From: Candidatus Moraniibacteriota bacterium
GTDB lineage: Bacteria > Patescibacteriota > Minisyncoccia > Moranbacterales > UBA1568
DNA: 42,416 bases
Direction: 5' to 3'
Assembly: GCA_030648835.1 (NCBI GenBank)
Contig: JAUSGT010000002.1
Span: forward strand, 155,665 to 198,080
The notes under the pieces were generated by a model. It did not search any database and was not told the origin of the DNA. It was given only the letters and a program-made list of their open reading frames with translations. Shown here one piece after another: positions 42,126 to 42,416 of this stretch; position 1 is the first letter of the stretch, and each line of letters opens with the position of its first letter. Position numbers and translations under genes: made by a program.

Positions 42126-42416
42126 ATGAGTTTATACAAAACCATCGGCGCTCATTTGATAGAGGCAATGAAGGCGGGAGATTTGCTTCGGCGCGATACG
42201 TTGCGTTTGTTGCAAAGTGCCATAAAGAATGTGGCGATAGAAAAACGGAAAGCCTCGACTGAACTTACCGACAACGAGGTAGAAGATGTTGTGCGGCGTT
42301 TGGTGAAACAGCGCAAGGATAGTGTTGAACAGTTTCGTAAAGGCGCGCGCGAGGATTTGGCGTTGAAAGAAGAGGCTGAGCTGAGTCTCCTTTCCGCCTA
42401 TTTGCCTCAGGCAATG
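42126..42416 (+). CDS. GatB/YqeY domain protein (3' end outside the window)
   Basis: MSLYKTIGAHLIEAMKAGDLLRRDTLRLLQSAIKNVAIEK...ELTDNEVEDVVRRLVKQRKDSVEQF is the YqeY signature. The frame is open to the window edge. Confidence 0.85.
   Translation, partial: MSLYKTIGAHLIEAMKAGDLLRRDTLRLLQSAIKNVAIEKRKASTELTDNEVEDVVRRLVKQRKDSVEQFRKGAREDLALKEEAELSLLSAYLPQAM

Overview
Gene-dense chromosomal segment with about 40 protein-coding genes and two tRNA-Gly genes. I found no rRNA, CRISPR array, transposase or integrase. Housekeeping genes dominate: thrS, rpoB-rpoC, ftsK, recA, rpsF-ssb-rpsR, efp, gyrB, rplY, pth, lepB, hisS, a HIT gene, rpsU and a GatB/YqeY gene. Between them sit envelope and surface genes: a DUF4012 protein, an LPXTG DUF3494 protein with its sortase, a lamin-tail/PKD protein, a membrane-anchored amidase, a lytic-transglycosylase-like protein, an LCP protein and a RodZ-like protein. 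This mix, together with a ThrRS lacking its N-terminal editing domains and small RNHCP and DUF5679 proteins, suggests a Patescibacteria/CPR-like organism. That assignment is inference only. The signal not explained by genes is non-coding. (1) A ~150-nt element occurs in two inverted copies (14781-14930 and 36562-36713) whose differences are almost all compensatory, which makes it a strong candidate for an uncharacterised structured RNA. (2) A ~180-nt unit bounded by a promoter and a terminator sits next to copy B, inside a 556-bp gene-free island. (3) A ~145-nt GC-rich element closed by 19-nt inverted repeats lies between two divergent zinc-ribbon genes. (4) Both tRNA-Gly genes share a conserved leader built from tRNA-5'-half-like pieces. 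(5) Several intergenic spacers are made of short repeated words, including one exact 26-nt inverted match 5 kb apart. All RNA structures, promoters and family assignments were made by eye from the sequence and need computational or experimental confirmation.
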